Source of the DNA: a virus
Lineage: Duplodnaviria; Caudoviricetes
Strand: one strand, 5' to 3'
Length of the DNA stretch: 47,310 nt
Virus record (IMG/VR): IMGVR_UViG_3300017914_000233
Span: 1 to 47,310 of that record
This document shows, in pieces, positions 45,017-47,310 of the stretch (its first letter is position 1; every line of letters starts with the position of its first letter). The notes beneath the pieces were generated by a model. The model had not been told where the DNA came from. It made no database searches and saw nothing but the letters and a program-made list of their open reading frames with translations. The position numbers and the translations under genes are program-made.

Positions 45017-45861
45017 TAAGCTGCCCTCGACACTAGGACTGTACGTCTACGGCTATACTGATTCTTAACAGCTTGGAAGTCAAAGACTACTGCAGTTACA
45101 GTGGGGCTTCCTATCTCACCAGTTCCTATAGCTTTTTCTGGTTTCTCTACAATGTGTGTAGTAACACTTCCGACAGAGCCTGTAGCCTCTACACCAGTGG
45201 CAATCTCTTCTGCAGGTCCACCACCTATTTGACCTACCTGACCTGTGCCTACGACACCAGTAAGTGTTACAGTATTACTATGTTCAAGAGAACCGATAGA
45301 ACCTGTTACTGATACACCAGTAGGTTTAGCAGCTAGGTTTACTGTAACAGTACCTATAAAACCTGTGGCTTCTACACTCTGTAGTGCTTCCAGTGTTTGT
45401 GGTTCTAGAGTACCTATCGTACCTGTTGCAGAAACTCCACTTACTGGAACAGTGTTTACTGATCTAACTGAAAGTCCTGCATCGTTGACAGTAAAGGTAG
45501 CTATAACACCTTCAAGCTTTTCTGTCGTATGTACAGTGACAGTGTTGATACTACCTGTTGCAGATACAGAACCAATAGGTTCGTCTACATTTGGACTTAC
45601 AGTCCCTACTGCAGATATTCCAGCAACACCAGATAAACCTGCAGTGGTGTGTAGTGTCAAACTACCTACAGAACCTGCAGCACCTTGTGCATTGTAGATT
45701 GGTTCTGTTACATCTACCTCAAATACATTGAGGTGAATGGTACGAGTGTTAGCTGTAGCACTGACACCCGTAACTTGTACAACTGGCGTTACTCTACCAT
45801 ATCTAGCAGAGCCATACGTACCTGTGCCGTAGATAGCATCTGCTGTATCATAGAACGCCAT
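45016..45861 (-). CDS. Repetitive G/V/T-rich structural protein (fibre-like)
   Basis: Roughly 20-aa GVSATG.IG repeats; AGAGG RBS. Confidence 0.7.
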   Translation of the reverse strand: MAFYDTADAIYGTGTYGSARYGRVTPVVQVTGVSATANTRTIHLNVFEVDVTEPIYNAQGAAGSVGSLTLHTTAGLSGVAGISAVGTVSPNVDEPIGSVSATGSINTVTVHTTEKLEGVIATFTVNDAGLSVRSVNTVPVSGVSATGTIGTLEPQTLEALQSVEATGFIGTVTVNLAAKPTGVSVTGSIGSLEHSNTVTLTGVVGTGQVGQIGGGPAEEIATGVEATGSVGSVTTHIVEKPEKAIGTGEIGSPTVTAVVFDFQAVKNQYSRRRTVLVSRAA

Positions 45862-45871
45862 GTTTTACCTC

Positions 45872-46309
45872 TTAGGCAATACGAATGATTGCGTTAGAAG
45901 CATCTGCTGTTGGAAACTCGATTGTTAGGTCACCTGCAGTAGCAGATACTGTACCACCAAAGTCAATCACACAGATTGCTTTGTTTGATTGAGATGAGTT
46001 ATAAATAATACAACCGTCACAGGATACTGTAACGTCTGCAAATACTTCATCTGTAAAATCTACAAGAGCAGTTGTGCCTGAAGTACTAATTGTAGCACCG
46101 TCTAGGTTTTGTCCACCTGCTGTGTAGTTTGTGCCAGTGGCCTCATCAGAGTTGCCAGTGACATCAGAATAATTTGTTGTTGCTGCACCATACGTACCTG
46201 TAGGTGAGTCTTTAATCAATGCAATTTTTAGTGTATCGGTATCCAAATCATGGGTACCGCCAAGAAGCTCTTGTTTAAAACTTGTACACATTGCCGTTGT
46301 AATAGCCAT
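45872..46309 (-). CDS. Virion structural protein
   Basis: SFKQELL.G.HD...KIAL, Y.AGG motifs common in phage structural modules. Confidence 0.7.
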   Translation of the reverse strand: MAITTAMCTSFKQELLGGTHDLDTDTLKIALIKDSPTGTYGAATTNYSDVTGNSDEATGTNYTAGGQNLDGATISTSGTTALVDFTDEVFADVTVSCDGCIIYNSSQSNKAICVIDFGGTVSATAGDLTIEFPTADASNAIIRIA

Positions 46310-46336
46310 GTTTGGATTCCCTTAAATTAAGTACAA

Positions 46337-46361
46337 TGGGGCCAGCATCTAGCCAGCCCCA
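46337..46361 (-). terminator. Hairpin after capsid/decoration genes, probable terminator
   Basis: TGGGGCTGGC-TAGAT-GCTGGCCCCA; G-U pairs favour the - strand; weak U tract. Confidence 0.6.
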
Positions 46362-46375
46362 AGGTTAGTCACTTA

Positions 46376-46783
46376 TTATGCTAGTAGATCACGGTCTACT
46401 TCTGCTGCACCTTTACCATCTACATCGGCAATCAAAGCCCATACACGGATCTTACCCGCAGTAGCTGTGCCTGTCAATGTATCAACAGTAACGTCCAGTG
46501 TATCCTCTTCACCGATGTAAGCAACACCTGGTAGTGAAGGAGCCACAGCACCCACTGCTTTAGAAGCTAGTGCATATGCTGCAACAAACTCGTCATCATC
46601 TGCACCTGTACCCAAGTCAAATGTTAGAGCTGTTGCACCTGCAAGTGCTTCAGTTACTTCAACGCCAGCAGCCAAGATGACTGTTTGCGCAGGAAGAGTT
46701 GCAACAGTTGTTGCACCTGTTGATGTTAGATCACCAGTTGCTGTCAACTCTTTAGAGATCATACGAAGTCCAGTTAAAGCCAT
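46376..46783 (-). CDS. Putative capsid decoration protein
   Basis: Ala/Thr-rich beta protein immediately after MCP; GGGGAG RBS. Confidence 0.6.
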   Translation of the reverse strand: MALTGLRMISKELTATGDLTSTGATTVATLPAQTVILAAGVEVTEALAGATALTFDLGTGADDDEFVAAYALASKAVGAVAPSLPGVAYIGEEDTLDVTVDTLTGTATAGKIRVWALIADVDGKGAAEVDRDLLA

Positions 46784-46797
46784 TGTTCAATCTCCCC

Positions 46798-47310
46798 TTA
46801 TGCTGCGTTGTACTTGGCAGTAACGATTGCTTCTGGACGAAGAATCTTACGACCGTATAGGTGCATACCACGAACGATGTCAGCAAAGCTGTCTGGATCA
46901 CGGTATGTTTCAGTCTTGTTGATTTGCTCCGCAGTTGCGACAGCAGAATCATGACCTGCAACAATAGCACCATAGTTAGTGTTTTGGTTTGCAGTACCAG
47001 TTGTACCTGGTCCTGTACCTACTGCTGGTAGGTTGCTTGAAGTGTATACACGGAAACCGTGGAAGTTGTTCAAGACAAGACCGTTGCGTAGGCCACCTGA
47101 CTCACCGAAGTCTGCGTTGAATAGACGAGAATCTTCGTCACGCAAGATTTCCATGAATACTGGGTCAACTACAAGCCAGCGTCCATCTTTATCAACTTGT
47201 TGTTGATCAAGTAGACGAGCCATACGAGCTACAACCATTGCTGGTGAAGCTGTTGCAGTTGGTAGTGCAGTTGCACCTGGCAAACGAGCTGCGACTGGGA
47301 TTGAGTGATC
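46798..47310 (-). CDS. Major capsid protein, C-terminal part (5' end outside window)
   Basis: GRWLVVDP, GF.VY.S.NLP, RDPDSFADIVRG.HLYG.K.LRP; frame open to the edge. Confidence 0.85.
   Translation of the reverse strand, partial: DHSIPVAARLPGATALPTATASPAMVVARMARLLDQQQVDKDGRWLVVDPVFMEILRDEDSRLFNADFGESGGLRNGLVLNNFHGFRVYTSSNLPAVGTGPGTTGTANQNTNYGAIVAGHDSAVATAEQINKTETYRDPDSFADIVRGMHLYGRKILRPEAIVTAKYNAA

Noticed and set aside
363-47206. Many antisense or alternate-frame ORFs in the track (e.g. 14097-14552, 15669-16118, 36266-36721, 45245-45697)
   Set aside because: They lie within well-supported genes and lack RBS or motifs

Overview
The whole window is a nearly complete, circularly permuted genome of a marine podovirus, probably infecting an alphaproteobacterium of the Roseobacter group (inference). 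No host DNA is evident. The + arm (11.3-29.3 kb) carries early genes, tRNA-Arg(TCT), a tyrosine integrase, ThyX, a T7-like primase-helicase, a family A DNA polymerase, SSB, nucleases, MazG, a class II B12-dependent RNR, glutaredoxin and PhoH. The - arm starts at about 9.8 kb and runs left through lysis genes, a cluster of small very basic proteins, DUF1127, TerS, TerL and portal. It then wraps round through capsid, tail and internal virion genes (47.3 to 29.3 kb), and the arms meet at a hairpin near 29.28 kb. No phage RNA polymerase is visible; sigma70-type promoters are. The layout resembles Cobavirus/Zobellviridae and HMO-2011-related roseophages (from memory, not searched). The least explained region is the 1.7 kb divergent interval at 9.6-11.35 kb, the probable genome end. 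It holds ten exact ATTC-N8-GAAT palindromes, a second motif family, paired operators, C6 tracts, and a roughly 550 nt hairpin-rich segment with a duplicated structural unit and a hidden 33-aa membrane peptide. Other highlights are an acid-free Pro/Arg repeat protein, a DUF1127 gene with its own promoter and two-state 5' UTR, a ThyX with an inserted Zn ribbon, a 15-codon ORF coupled to the integrase, and a Zn-repeat protein paired with an M28-like peptidase. All family calls come from motif recognition by eye.
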